A DNA stretch of 50,581 bases from Klebsormidium nitens. Its lineage: Eukaryota > Plantae > Klebsormidiophyceae. Under the pieces are notes generated by a model that saw nothing but the letters and a program-made list of their open reading frames with translations, was not told where the DNA came from and ran no database searches. The translations under genes were made by a program, and so were the position numbers. Positions 10,633-30,457 of the stretch are shown here, piece by piece. Numbering within the stretch: the first letter of the stretch is position 1; the number at the start of each line of letters is the position of its first letter. Where the stretch lies: the NCBI GenBank assembly GCA_000708835.1, contig DF237567.1:1-50581 (forward strand), in the 5' to 3' direction.

Positions 10633-13600
10633 ATGGCGCCCACATGCATTGCCATTTTGGCGCTCGCCCTCCTGTGCATCTCCCCCTTCTCGGTGTTATC
10701 CCAGGATTATGATAACTCCCGAGCCAATGATTACACCTGCCCGCCAGGGTTCATCCCTATTGTTCGAGGCAGCTCAGATTCCTATCCCGTCGAGTGCGAT
10801 GCGGATCAGTGTTACACCGACGCGGTTGGCTGCGGTCCAGGTGAGTTTCTTTCTTTGCTTTCTGGTTGCCATTACACATATCACCCTCGGAAAGCGGGCA
10901 CTAGTAAAGAGACAATGGCCGCAATTGCCTGGAAAAACAGACCCTCCCTGACGTCGCAGGGAAGATATCTGAAAGAGAATTCCTCTGCCGATCAGCGCAG
11001 AGTCACTAGATGTTTGGTCTGGTTCTCTGCTAGAGCTATGCTAGAAGCCGTTGACCGTACAAATTCATCAAGGGAACCCCCAGTGCTTGTTTGCAGTTTC
11101 CGCCAGCAATTAAGAGGCTGATCTGCCCCAGACGTTCTCGCTTCCTGTCCTTTGTATCTTGGTATCTTCGTATGTGTGAACAGGCTTCTCTTCAACTTGG
11201 AAGGATCAATGATTGCCCCTATATCGATTCTTTTTGGAAAAAAGCCATGTTCCAAGATGCATAATGATCAGAGTTTGGGAATGGAGAAGCAGAAAGGCGT
11301 GTTTTTGCAAAGCAGGATTGCAAGTCAGACATTCTAGTCAGTGCTGGACATTTGTGAACCCCAATCCCTCAAGCTCAAGCTCAGAGTTTGGAGACAGAAC
11401 ATGGAGGACTACATTGCCAAAGCCTTATAGTAAATTATCTACCTTTTGCCCTCTCTTTCTGATATTCTTATTGAAAATCTCATCATCTACAGTACCTTCC
11501 GGGTGTTCCCACCACATAAATGTCGGCACCTATGGGAATCACTAAACCAAGCATGGTTGATAGCTTAACCATTTTGGGTTCGTACACTTGCAGGCAATGT
11601 GTGTACGCAGGCCCCGCGCGCCGCAATCTTTGGTTACTCCTATCAGCACGACTGTCAGTGCAATCCTCCATATGTCAGAGGGGAGTATTCAGGAGTCAAA
11701 GGCATTGGGTCCCACTTCAGTTGCTTCATCCCAGGTAATCGGCCTCTACCCTGATCACAATGCCATGAATCAAAGCATGTTTTGTACCCCAGCTAATACC
11801 AGTTAAGAGGTGCTGACCAGCTTGCCATCGTATGGGTGTCTATTTAAGTAAGAATGGCAACATTGTTTTTGCTGGGTCTGGTTGATTACGCTGCACAAGA
11901 TAGTCTCTGCTAACCATAGACCACTTCACAGCAGGGAGCATCAACTATGTTTCACAATCCTCATGAATCTTCTCCGGCCTTTGTCCAGAACTCCTTCTGA
12001 CAAAGGTTGATAAAGCATTTCGTCACAAAAAGTGGCCCATCTGGTGAAGCTGGTTCGATCCGAAAAAGCTAACCTGGTCGTCCGGTTTAGAATGTTAAGT
12101 GTTCTGATTATGACCGTGCAGGTCGGGACGTGTGCAATCCCAACCCTTGCGAGAACGGAGGTACATGCAACGTGCAGTTTGGCACCCGTTTGCCTCCCGT
12201 TCCTGAGGGGGAAAACCCCAGCCAAGTCATCGACTTCACTTGTAACTGCCCTCTCGGGTTCCTGGGGAAGACATGCGCCCTTTTGTAAGTGATCCGACCC
12301 GCCTCTCGTTGAAATTTTGAAGTTACGAGGTGGGTGCTTGGGACCAAACGTGAATATGCCTTCTAAATGTTTCTGTGTTGGAAGCGGATCTGGCAATGAG
12401 CACTTGTCTTCTGAGACTTGGCCGTCCCGCTTTGAAAGCACACATTTCCCCTCGCTAAATTGGCGTTGATTCCATCCGCCTCGAAAAGCTGCTCAACAAT
12501 CTGCATCCGTCGCGTTCCTACACAAGAGATGTTTTAGGAACGGTCAGTCGAATCACTCAACTTCCACTAAGGTGTTCCGTGGTTGCTCGGTTGGTCTGCT
12601 GCTCAGTCCTGCTTGATGAAGGGTGACTCACATGCTTCAGAATCGAACCAGTCCCGTTTACTATAGTACCTACCCAGCATAAAGCACCTCGAGCTTTTAG
12701 CCAGTCGCCCATATGCGGCCGTGCGACCAAGGGCATCTTATCTGGTGCGGGAAAGAGGGAAGATGTCTTCTTCCAAGCCAGCTTTGTACTGGGTTAGGTG
12801 CCGTTCTGGTAAACCAAGCTGATTAGAGCTGGTTACTTGCACTATAACTAAATCTGGTTGAAGCAAAACCATTTTATGCGTGCAGGGCCCCGAATAGTCA
12901 GTACCCCACGCCAGTGCAGAAGTCAGGCCCACCGAGCGGCTCTCAAGGTGACGCCAATAGTTATGGCTCCAAGGATGACTGTTTTAGAATGCCGTAGTGG
13001 TTCATACGCTATTGAAAGCAAATTTGCCACCTCCCCGAACATGCAAGAGACGGTCCAATTGAAACCTGACCCCGACCCTGGGCTAGATACTTATGCACGG
13101 TTTGTCAACGTTTCCGTTCCCTCACTAGACCCAAACCTTTGAATCAATTCCAATGGTGCGTTGTGCCCTGCTTGATCATTGGAAGCGGCTTCTCATGCAG
13201 AACATACACGAAACTTTAAGTCGATGCCTTCAACGGAAGAGTTGTGTTAGAAGCAACCATAAGAAAAGCTCAATGTAAGGTGGAGCGTTTGAACCCGGAA
13301 TTGCCGGCCGCTGCCACTTCTCTCCCGCTCCTACGTTTTACTGCAACCAGAGATACATTCTCGGGCGTGCTTTTGTATCTGATAACCACTCGTCACGCAC
13401 AACAACGACGAACGGAGAAAGCGCTCGAGACTCATTCCCTTTTCACATACAGACGGCGATGCAAGTTGCTTTTCTGAGCACTGTCGCGGCATTGCTCCCG
13501 CTGCTATTTTCGCTTCCGATCCGTCCCGCCTTTAAACCTTGCAGCATCTACTTGAGGCGCACTTCACAGCTCCCGTTTCCTTTGCAATTCTGGGAGTTTA

Positions 13601-16388
13601 CCAGAGATTCGGAGCTTAGGCAGACCCCGCGATTTCCTGTTCGACGCACCGCCTGCAAGAAACGCCACAAAAATCTCATACTCCAACTTCCCGCTGCTCT
13701 CTTCCGGCCCGCCGCCGAACTTTACAGCACTCACTCAAGGCGCACTTACAGCTCCCATTTCTTTGATCAGAGGCGATGCTAGAGCTCGGGTTTTCTCTTT
13801 TGACGGACTCCATGCTGGAAACGCGCAAAAGTCTCACATTCTACCTTGGCAGGTGTTTGTGGCACTGATGGCCCCGCCGCCGCGTTCCCTGTCCGGTGCT
13901 ACCTCAACAACGATCCCCAGGGGCGCTACCTCTGTTGCGACTCGGCCGGTTGTGACGGGTTCCTTCGCCCCCGCTATCAGGTACGTCTGTTCGCTTTGGG
14001 TACAGTAAGCTCAAAACATAGTGAGCTCCTACCCTAACACTGAAACCGACGGGAAGCTCGTGCCTTTGACAACGGTTGGTCAAACGGCACCGAACTAGTA
14101 TCGACCCACGTTTCCCGCAGAAGCAGTTAACCCCGATCGTGACCCAAGCTTGCTTAACACTGGTTTTTCCCGTGATTTAACCTAACCCTCGAATATCCCG
14201 CTCCGCACGCGTACTCACCCGAACCCCCGAAGTCACCCCTATGCGTCCCACTGAGGCTGGTGAGCCTACTCGATTTGAAGCCTACTATCTGAATCCAGAT
14301 TTTATGTACCAGGTCCCCCAGTGCAAGAATGGCGATGGCTACGCGCCACCTGGCTTCGGCGTCGGGACCAGTCCGCCCACCCCCCCGGCAACCCCACCCC
14401 CGTCGAACCCCCCAACTGGGTCCCAAGGTACGACACTCCACTCCAAGAGTCATCATCCGCGTTTTGGCTGGACGATTAAGGATGATTGACTTCCGGAAGC
14501 AACAGCCTCCTTTAAACGCAAGCTGTCGAATCCTGTTGTTCACAAGCGGGGACGCTCGGACACCAGAATACGATACGCTTCGGTTCGTTGCAAACCCGGA
14601 GCTGATTGCATATGGGTCAGCTGATGTACTCAGCCCGATGAAGTTCTGTGGGAGACTACGAGCTGGCTCAAGTCCCCGGCAGAGTCGCCCAGAAAGTTCT
14701 TCCGCTCCCATGGGTTGGTAAGATAGTGCCCAAGTAGCTGATCTGCTCAAAGAACTTCACATGGCTGCTTTCCAAGATCGTGATGATAACCGCTGACGTC
14801 ACGGCAGCAGTGCGTCCTCAGCGATTTGGGCAGTCAAGAACCAAGTCGGATGGGTTACCCGACTTTCATCTCGGCTCTATAGGAAACTCCGGATTAAATT
14901 CAAGTCTCAGGTGGATCGTAGTGAGTTCAAAGTCCGGTGGTGCATGACTCGGCGCGCCTCCAATTGTCTGCAAGTTCGGCGCGTCGTTGCATAACCTCCG
15001 GCTTACAAAGCACACCGCCCACATAATCTAGGGCTGAGCTGGCTCAACGCTAAAAACTTCTTTTTCAATTTGTTCAAACCTTTACAAGCGAACACTCGAC
15101 CCTGCAGGTATTTGCTGTTCCGGTGACGCTGCCTTCTATATTACGACCGGTTGCTGGTCCAGACACCTCCCGCTCACAGAGCTCACCCGCAACCTAAGCT
15201 CGGGCCGAGCAGGCTCAACACAGGCTTTGGCAACTCACTTTCTTCAATTCCTAAAAAGACAGGGCGAACGTCTCTGCAGGTGTTTGCGGCTCAGGCGACG
15301 CAGCTTTCTTCCCGACGCGGTGCTGGTTCAACAGCGACCCCCAGGGGCGCTACGTGTGCTGCGATGGGCAGGGCTGCGACGGGTTCAACGCCGACAACCT
15401 GACCCCCCACTGTAAAATCTACGGCTACGTGCCGCCCAACTACGGCGCCGGGGCGGCGCCTCCCCCCCCGGAGCCCCCGACTAACTCGCAGGGTGAGCCG
15501 ATTGAGTTTCCTTATTTCCTTTAACTCTTGGTTTTGATACATGAAGTGTTTTGTTGAAAGGACTTTCCAGCTAGGTGGGCTCGCTCGATCACGTCGGGGC
15601 GGAACCCCCCAAGTGCTTTGCAGGGTGAGCCTTGCAACATGTACTTTTGGTGCACAAACTTGTCCATGAAGGGGCTTTTCAACCCTTTGGCTCGCTTTCG
15701 CGGCGGTTAGGCCTGGTCGTGACCGGTTGATAGACGGGCCGCTTTCTTGATCAATGATTGTTGGAAAGCTTGCTTGTGGACTACTACCTAGTATGATTCG
15801 AGCCACCCCGAAGCGGGACAATTAAGATTCCGCCCGTGTGTCAGAGGCAGTCGTACTTTGTATGGCTCTGCCGCAAGGTTCACAAAGGCCGCATACGCTC
15901 CAGTCAGTACGTATGACAGCTTCAAGACTTCAGATTGCAGTCCCCCTGGTCATGATGACCGCAGCAGTCACTTTCGAGAAAGTAGAAGGTCACGTCTTTG
16001 ATTGGTTGTGGAACGCGGCTGGGCCCCATCGTTTGCTAGTCAGCAGTAGCAAGGAGGAGTTGAGATCAGGACTTCACTTCTTCTGGGGCAAGGCACAGTT
16101 CACGAGTTCTATTGAAAGGTAGAACGCAGCTGTCTCAATCCTTTGCCGGTCAGTAGTAGGGGAGAGTCGAAGAGCCTCTTCTGGGGCGACCGCTGAGCGA
16201 CACGTGTCCTGTCTGCAGGCGTGTGCGGGACGGGGGCAGCTGCAAGCTTCCCCGTGCGCTGCTGGTACAACAACGATCCACAGGGCAGATACGTCTGCTG
16301 CGACTCCGAAGGTTGCGACGGGTTCAATCCCCCAGGCAACTTCTTCCCTCACTGCAAAAACAACGGCTTCGTCCCGCCGAGCTTGTAG
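10633..16388 (+). CDS. Secreted Cys-rich protein: signal peptide, 2 EGF-like domains and 3 copies of an unrecognised 6-Cys module with Pro-rich linkers (399 aa, 8 exons)
   Basis: join(10633-10840,11594-11734,12122-12284,12886-12947,13853-13980,14313-14427,15280-15492,16219-16388) = 1200 nt, all GT-AG with consistent phases. N-terminus [24 protein letters not shown] is hydrophobic. Exon 3 encodes [16 protein letters not shown]...[14 protein letters not shown], a canonical EGF. Exons 5+6, 7 and 8 each encode GVCG..AAxFPxRCxxNxDPQGRYxCCDxxGCDGF...PxCK. No transmembrane segment is visible after the signal peptide. Confidence 0.85.
15058..15335 (+). repeat. Decayed duplication of the acceptor and start of exon 7 of the EGF/Cys-module gene
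   Basis: ttcaatt...gcgaacactcgaccctgcag|gtatttgctgttccggtgacgctgccttct (AG at about 15106) versus real ttcaatt...gcgaacgtctctgcag|gtgtttgcggctcaggcgacgcagctttct (AG at 15279). Confidence 0.7.
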
Positions 16389-18023
16389 ACTTGTGCACGC
16401 TCTTGAAGAGTCTGAGCTTTGCAATTTTGAACGTTCGTGTTCCCTTATCTGGCGTGGCACCGTGGCACCATTCGAGTTGTACTGTATGGAGTGGATAGGC
16501 CAAGAGATCCTCGAGTCGTTGTCTCTGAATTTGAGAGTGTATACCAAGGTAATGATGCAAAGATTGAAGGCCCTCAAGGCCCGGCTTCGTAGGAGCGCCT
16601 TAGGTAGCTTCGGGTTGATTCCGCTCGCATATAGAGCTCAGGGTATAGGCGTTTTGGAGCGACGAGTAGGATTGAGGTTAAGTCGGTGAACTTTGCAATA
16701 CTTATGCGAGCGGGTAGGGAATCATTCATGTAGGTGAGTTGGTCGTAGTCGTCGTCATTCTAATACACTTTCTAATCCCATTCACTAATCAAAGATAAGA
16801 CAGATGCACCGGGTGGCAAGCAGCTAGCAAGGTATTGCACATGGCCAGTGCATCACCGATGACATGGTCGACCGATGCGTTAATACGGGCGCGAGTCCCA
16901 GTGAGTCGCACTGGCAGCAAACGTACTAGCTTGAAATGATGCGATCACATACGGCGCGCCCGATCCTTTGTCAGTGGCTCGGCGCAGCATGAATCAATGT
17001 GCTGCGGCACATGATCCTCTATACCCTTGTGCAACTTGGCATGATGAGTTTGGCGCGGGCTGGCCCAGCTCGAAGCTATATAAACCTCGTGCAATGAGTG
17101 AATCTGGCTCGGAGCCTGGTGTGTTCATTTGCACATGGCGGAATTTTGCATGGTTGGAATATGGCATGTCCGCGATCTTTGAGTAGGTGCCAGGATGGTA
17201 ACTTGCTGTGCATTTATCTGGCAACGCCTTTGAACATATGTTATTGGAGGGCCATGGACTCAGCGCGACGTCTCTGGCAGACCCGGATAAAGGATTAGGA
17301 ACTGATCAAGCCATGCAGTGGGTATATACACTTGAGCACCATGTCGATCGATGCATGGGAATTAGTAATTCAATTTCGCGTACCAGCTAGCCTGACAAGC
17401 ATGCAGGCGCATGTTTGGCAGGATGCATTAATTGCATGGGCTGCTTTAGATGTGGGTTCATCCGACGCGCCGTTGCAATTGGGTATATAAGCTTAATGTA
17501 AGCCCGCTCAGAATTTGACTGGTTCATGGCCAGGTCCGCGTCCGATCAGCCTTCGCGCTGCAGTGTAGTGATGTCAGTCACTGCCTTGACATCGTGCATG
17601 CAGCGTGCCATCGCCTAGAGTCCTACTAGCACACATCGCCCATGGCCGTATATGAAACATGCATTTGAAGTGCAAGACATGTATGCAGAATGGCCGACTA
17701 ATTTGGGAACTGGATTTCACCATTAGCTCCGTGCTTACGCGGCAACAGAGCACCGATCGTTGTAGAGATTCTAGCTAATTAAGGCAAACTTGAAACAACG
17801 CCATTTTGAGCCATTGAGTATTGGTCAAAAAGCTTTGCATAATGACCTTCAGGTAATAAGGCTCAGATGCAGCCTGGATGCAGCATAGTAATCATGTAGC
17901 GCCAAACTCTCTGCTTGCTTTGTCCCGCTTAGTCAAGAAAGATATGCTCAAGATAAGAGTTGTCAGCTCAAGTTATATGTACATAAATCAGATCAGGTTT
18001 TTCATAGCACGCTCGTCCTACCC

Positions 18024-25327
<7,304 letters not shown>

Positions 25328-25957
25328 CTGCTCTCGTTTGAAAATTCACAGGACCAAAAACCTTAGCTTGAGATGCTCATGGTAGAAGCCCGTCTTTCCT
25401 TTCGGGGATTCTGATTCAAGGCTGCATCTGCATCTCCTCTAAAAAGGGCGCCATGAACGTCTTTCACTCCTCCACGCAAGTTGCTGAAGTCCTCACTCAA
25501 GAGTCAACAACCCTGGCCTGGGGGCCGCCCCTTCCGAAGTTCACCGTCTGTTCAGTCTTTCAGAAGGACTAGAGATGATGTGAGCCTTCCGATAGAAGGT
25601 TCCCATATCGAGTGGCTCGATCTGTATGGTTCTGATCGTCATAGGTGGTTTCAACGGCTGCGATTGGTCGTGTACATTCAAAGGTTTCTGCACACCTAGG
25701 TAGTTGTCCCTGCCCAGGGGATCCCCTGCAATTGCGCAGCTGTCTGAAGAATTTCTCTAAGCTTGCAATCTTCCTGCATTGATTAATGAATTGGAATTTG
25801 GGAGCGCTTCTTTCGGATGAGCTCCTTGCACGGCGCTGTTTTGCCTGGCGTCTGTGGCCTTCTCGACGAGAGAGCGAATGAGCACCCACGTCTTTGTTGC
25901 TCTGCTAATGAGTTCCTCTAAACCCGCGGGGTTGAACTTCTAAGAAGTCAACCAACA
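25328..25957. promoter_or_regulatory. Probable bidirectional promoter region (NDR <- -> UGT)
   Basis: Divergent start codons 630 bp apart. Inferred from gene geometry only. Confidence 0.45.
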
Positions 25958-28900
25958 ATGTGCAGCGCGAATTGCCTGGGCCGTCAGGCCTTCTTGACCT
26001 TGTTGGCGATACTGGTGTTTCTCTCAAATTTTGCAAACACGTATGCTGCGCCGGTGAATGCAAGATTCAAGACCTTGGGTCCTAAGGACGAGTTGCCTCG
26101 ATTGACTGTCTATGTCATCAGCCCCCCTTTTGCTGGTAAGCGTCGTTGGCCCTCATTTGTGAAACTTGTCTTTCGCCCCCTTTCACACATGCTGGGACAG
26201 AGAACTCTCATCTCACAATAAGGTCTCTTGGTTACAGTTTAGCAACTTGTGATGTAAATGTAGACGACACATGTTATGAGAGTGTCTCATCATCTTGGTC
26301 AAGTGCCACCGAACTCCATATGGCTCTCTTGGTTACAGGCCTGCTTTCTCCAGCATTACACTGACCAAAGCCAGAAACCTGGAGTAGGGACATTTAATGG
26401 TTCTTGATCTCAAAACAGCCCCTTATAGTTGATTATCCATGCAGTCCTGCATGCACTGAACATCGCACCTCGTGAAGGTACTGAACTAAGTGTTGACGGT
26501 CAAACTCATTTTTGACTTTGCCAGTCGTTGCATTAGCCTGTAGCAACAATGCAGGGCCAAGAATCTGTCGCTTGTTGAACTTTTTCACCAGTCTCACACC
26601 GGTTGATTCAAAAACATTCACTCAACTTTCTGGGGCAATGCCAAGAAAGGTGGGGATGATGTTGTGCGGTTGCAGCCAACTCTCCGCTGCTTGCATTGCA
26701 GGCCACTATATACCTCTGCTGTCTATCGCCTCAGAGCTCCACTTGCGGGGTCACAATGTCACCTTCTTGGCGCAAGTTCAGAGGGACAACGAGGACGTCC
26801 CCAAACGTTCTGTCAGCGAAGCAGGAATCGCCTTCCGAGCTTTGGGATTCACCCCACTGAATAAGACTGAGTTGGAGGACATCGTTAATCAGGTAGGCTT
26901 GCGGTGCAATGGATGTGGACTTTGAATCCATATTGATTCTGAAGATGACTGTAGATGAATGATTTGTATACATAATCGAGTAGTGAGGAAGGCGATTGGC
27001 AGGTGGTTTGGGAGTTTCTCTGAACTAATGGATCGGTTGCTGTATGTCTTGCACCGCTAATGGAGCTCTTACTTCTCTGTGACATGGAGTTCAAATGATT
27101 GGGCAGTTTGCTGCTTCAATACTTCATAGCTTTCAGTAAGCAGACAGACCCAGCAATCTGCCGTACTGCCAAGAAGTAATCTGGTAAAAGTGAACCTAGA
27201 GGGAATCGATTTGTCCTTAAAGCATGCTGAGTTGCACGTTAAAGTTATTCATCCCCTGCGACAACAACCTCTCAACCTTCTCTGACTACAGAATCCCCAG
27301 ATAAGATGACCCTCATATACAAAGGACTCTCTACTTGATCCACACCAGGCTTGGATTATGAATGAACTTATTTTCATCTTTCCAACAGACACGAAGCGGC
27401 ACCAACCTGCTGGGCGCCGTGAAGCACTTCTCGGAAGCTGACACCAGCGCTTACGTGGACTTGGACAAGCTTCTGACCCACGAACCTCATCCAGACGTCC
27501 TGGTCGTCTGCAACGTGTACCGAGGAATGGGCACGAGCATTTATCGCAAGCACGGCATTCCGGTGGTTTTAAATTACATGTTGGAGAACTATTTCTGGCG
27601 ACCTCATTGGCCGTATCCCGTGCTTGGATCCGGGCTCTCCGACCGTATGACCTTCCCCCAACGCCTCAAAAACGAGCTCGTCAGCTTCGTGAACAGTTAC
27701 CTGATTGAACCATACCTCGTGCGAACCCACATCCCCGAAACCCTCCGCAAACATGGATTAAACCCCCGAAACGGGCTCCGGACCATTTTTGACATGCACG
27801 GGATGCCTTCGATCTTAAATGCTGCGCCCGGGTTTGATTTCCCCGCCCCACTTCCCCCCAACGTGATCCAAACCGGGCCGTTAACTGTGCCTACCATGCA
27901 AGCTTTCCCCAAACCCCTGCAAGCGTGGCTCGACTCCAAGCCGGTTAAGTCTGTGGTTCTAGTTAGTCTGGGGACGGTTAACGTTATTGACGAGCGCATT
28001 GCCCGACTGATTGTGGAGGGACTGGGAGCAACCCGGGTTAACGTGCTGTGGGCTTTGAGGGGTGTTTATCAAGAGACTCTGGCCGGGTTGAATGTCCCAA
28101 GCACTTTTCGGCTGAAGGAATGGATCCCCCAGCGGGCGGTGCTGGCGCATCGGGCGGTGGCTGCAATGGTGACGCACTGCGGCAACAACGGGGTGCAGGT
28201 GAGCCTCTGCCGATGGAAGGCTCCATTCTCCCGTCAAATCTCTTCAAAGAGCCTATTTGCATTGAAAGGCGTGTCTTTTGTCACCTTGAAGCCATGCCCA
28301 AAAGGCAAACAGATTCCAGTCACACGGTTGCGGTTTGTTCACGTTATGTTGAGGTGTAGAATCCTGCTGCAAAAGTTTCCGTTCACAGCGTCGGTCTCCT
28401 CGTCCTAGAATCTCTTATTAAAGTCGAAACACCCTCTGCGCATGTTCTCAGCTGGAGGCGTGATGCATCCTATCACTGAGAACCCGCTTCTTTCAGGCTT
28501 TGCAATTGTGCGAACCGTAGGTCAGCAACGTGTCAACGCGTGTCGAAGTTGCCCATGACGTCATGAGGTGAACTAAAGCTAAGAATAAACCTCCTGACCA
28601 AACAAGTCGGCGCTTCCGGTCACGCAGGAAGCTCTGGCAAACGCGGTGCCACCTGTCGGCATTCCCTTCGTTGCTGGTGAGACTTTTGACTCAGCCCTTC
28701 TGATCTTATATGGAAGAAGTAAGGATCTGCTAGTTGATAGCCAAAAGCAGCTTCTCAGTGCACAGGCAGTCCGTTGCTCTCAGATGCTGAAAGCAGCTCG
28801 AAAGCCATCATAAGAAGCTCCTTGATTCCGTTCTATAACAAGGCACGGACGACCCTTTGAAACCTCGTTCTCTTCCTCCGGACCTGGCCAGTGTCGGCCA

Positions 28901-30457
28901 GTAGACTAATCAAGAGCACTTGAAAATGAGCGCCGTCAAACCTCTTTGCTTCAAAGCTTCAAACCCTGCACCACCTGATGCTGCTTGCTGCCGATCAAGT
29001 CCACGCAGCTCATTATTCCATTTTTGGTCAATCGACCGGCACTTTGGGTCGGCTTAGAATACGGGCCTGGTTGCCTTGTCGCGCTCAAGAAGAGGTGAGG
29101 CGAAGCTAGGAACTGGACGTCACACGAAGACCAAACAGAACGACGGCGCGATGCAAGGGCAAGTGCTTCGACGAACAAAGCGGAGAAACCTGATGTCGAA
29201 GAGAGACAAACACACAAACTGATCAAGGAGGAGAAGAAGAGAATCCGTGAACCAGAAAATGCACTCTAGACAAACGGGTGTGAGCAGCGGAAGCACACGC
29301 AGAAAAATGGGAAGCCATTCCGATCAGATTGCTTTGGAAGCGTGGCAGGCAAGATCTACTTCGGAACAATGAGGAAACTCGATCTGTCTGAAAGGATCTA
29401 CAATTGCATCCCTTCTGCAGACCAAACGGACGTGGGCGCCCGGCTGGCCGCGGCCGGCTTCCCCGTCCTCAACCTGGCAACCGTCACCCCGTCCGAGCTG
29501 ACGTCTGCCGTCCAAAAGGTGACGTCAGCTGGGCCGGATGGGGTAAACGAGTATCAGCAAAAGGCGCAGAGGCTGGCGCGGATCTTCCGGGCGTACGGGG
29601 GCGTCGAAAAGGCGGCAGGTGAGTGGGACGGTTGGGTCGGGTGGTCGCCGGGTGGTCGCCATACGAAAGGGTTCGGTGAGTGGGGTTGCGTTGACAGCCA
29701 GTTCTTACGCCGTTTCCTCATGCCAACCTCAACCACTGTTCCGTCTATCGACGAGAAGAGCACTTAAGCATCCACTGAATGGCCTGGTGAATGCACGGAC
29801 CCGCGTGTCAGCGGAAGCGGCCTTGTGAGGGGATTGGACAACATGCAAGCGCGGTTGCTGATTTGGAAACCGCCTTTGCGTTTTTAGATGTTTGACCCCA
29901 AGACGCAAACCTTATCACAAATCACGCTGCCTCTAGATTTTCGTGCTCCTATTTGTGCTGGTCTGAGTCCTCTGGCGAAGACGCTAGCCTAGATTCCTTC
30001 TAGAAGGTTAGATTTGCTCGCGGAATCCCTGATCTGATGAAAAGGTGCAGTTTGTCCTGCACGGTTCTCGTTAGATTATCCAAGACCACCCTTCGATCGC
30101 CACTCTTCCTGTGCTTTCGAGACGCCAACCCTCCGCCCTCAGGAACTGGGTTCAGACGCGCTTTGCAAGGTTTGTACAAATCTTGTGTCAAGCACGTTCC
30201 CTCGCAATGATAACAGTCACAAAAGCAACTCTTCTTTTCCCTTCTTCGCAGATTTCGTGGAGCATATTGCGGAGGTGGGCTCCGATCACCTGCAAATGGC
30301 TGGCCTTTCAATGCCGTGGTACGTTCGGCACCGATACGACACCGGGCTGTTCTTGCTGGTCTTGGTGGGACTCCTTTTGCTTGGCGTTGTCAAGTTGTTC
30401 ACGGGGGTGTACAAGGGGTTTCGAGCCTTGGTCTCAAACAAGAACAAGACCGATTGA
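25958..30457 (+). CDS. UDP-glycosyltransferase (GT1) with animal UGT-type architecture: signal peptide, C-terminal TM and KxKxx (543 aa, 6 exons)
   Basis: join(25958-26135,26702-26892,27389-28198,28628-28676,29421-29618,30252-30457) = 1632 nt with consistent phases. Motifs: GHYIPLLSIASELHLRGHNVTFL, LSDRMTFPQRLKN, DFPAPLPPNVIQTGP, UGT signature WIPQRAVLAHRAVAAMVTHCGNNGVQEALANAVPPVGIPFVADQ, TM GLFLLVLVGLLLLGVVKLFTGV, terminus NKNKTD*. Confidence 0.92.
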
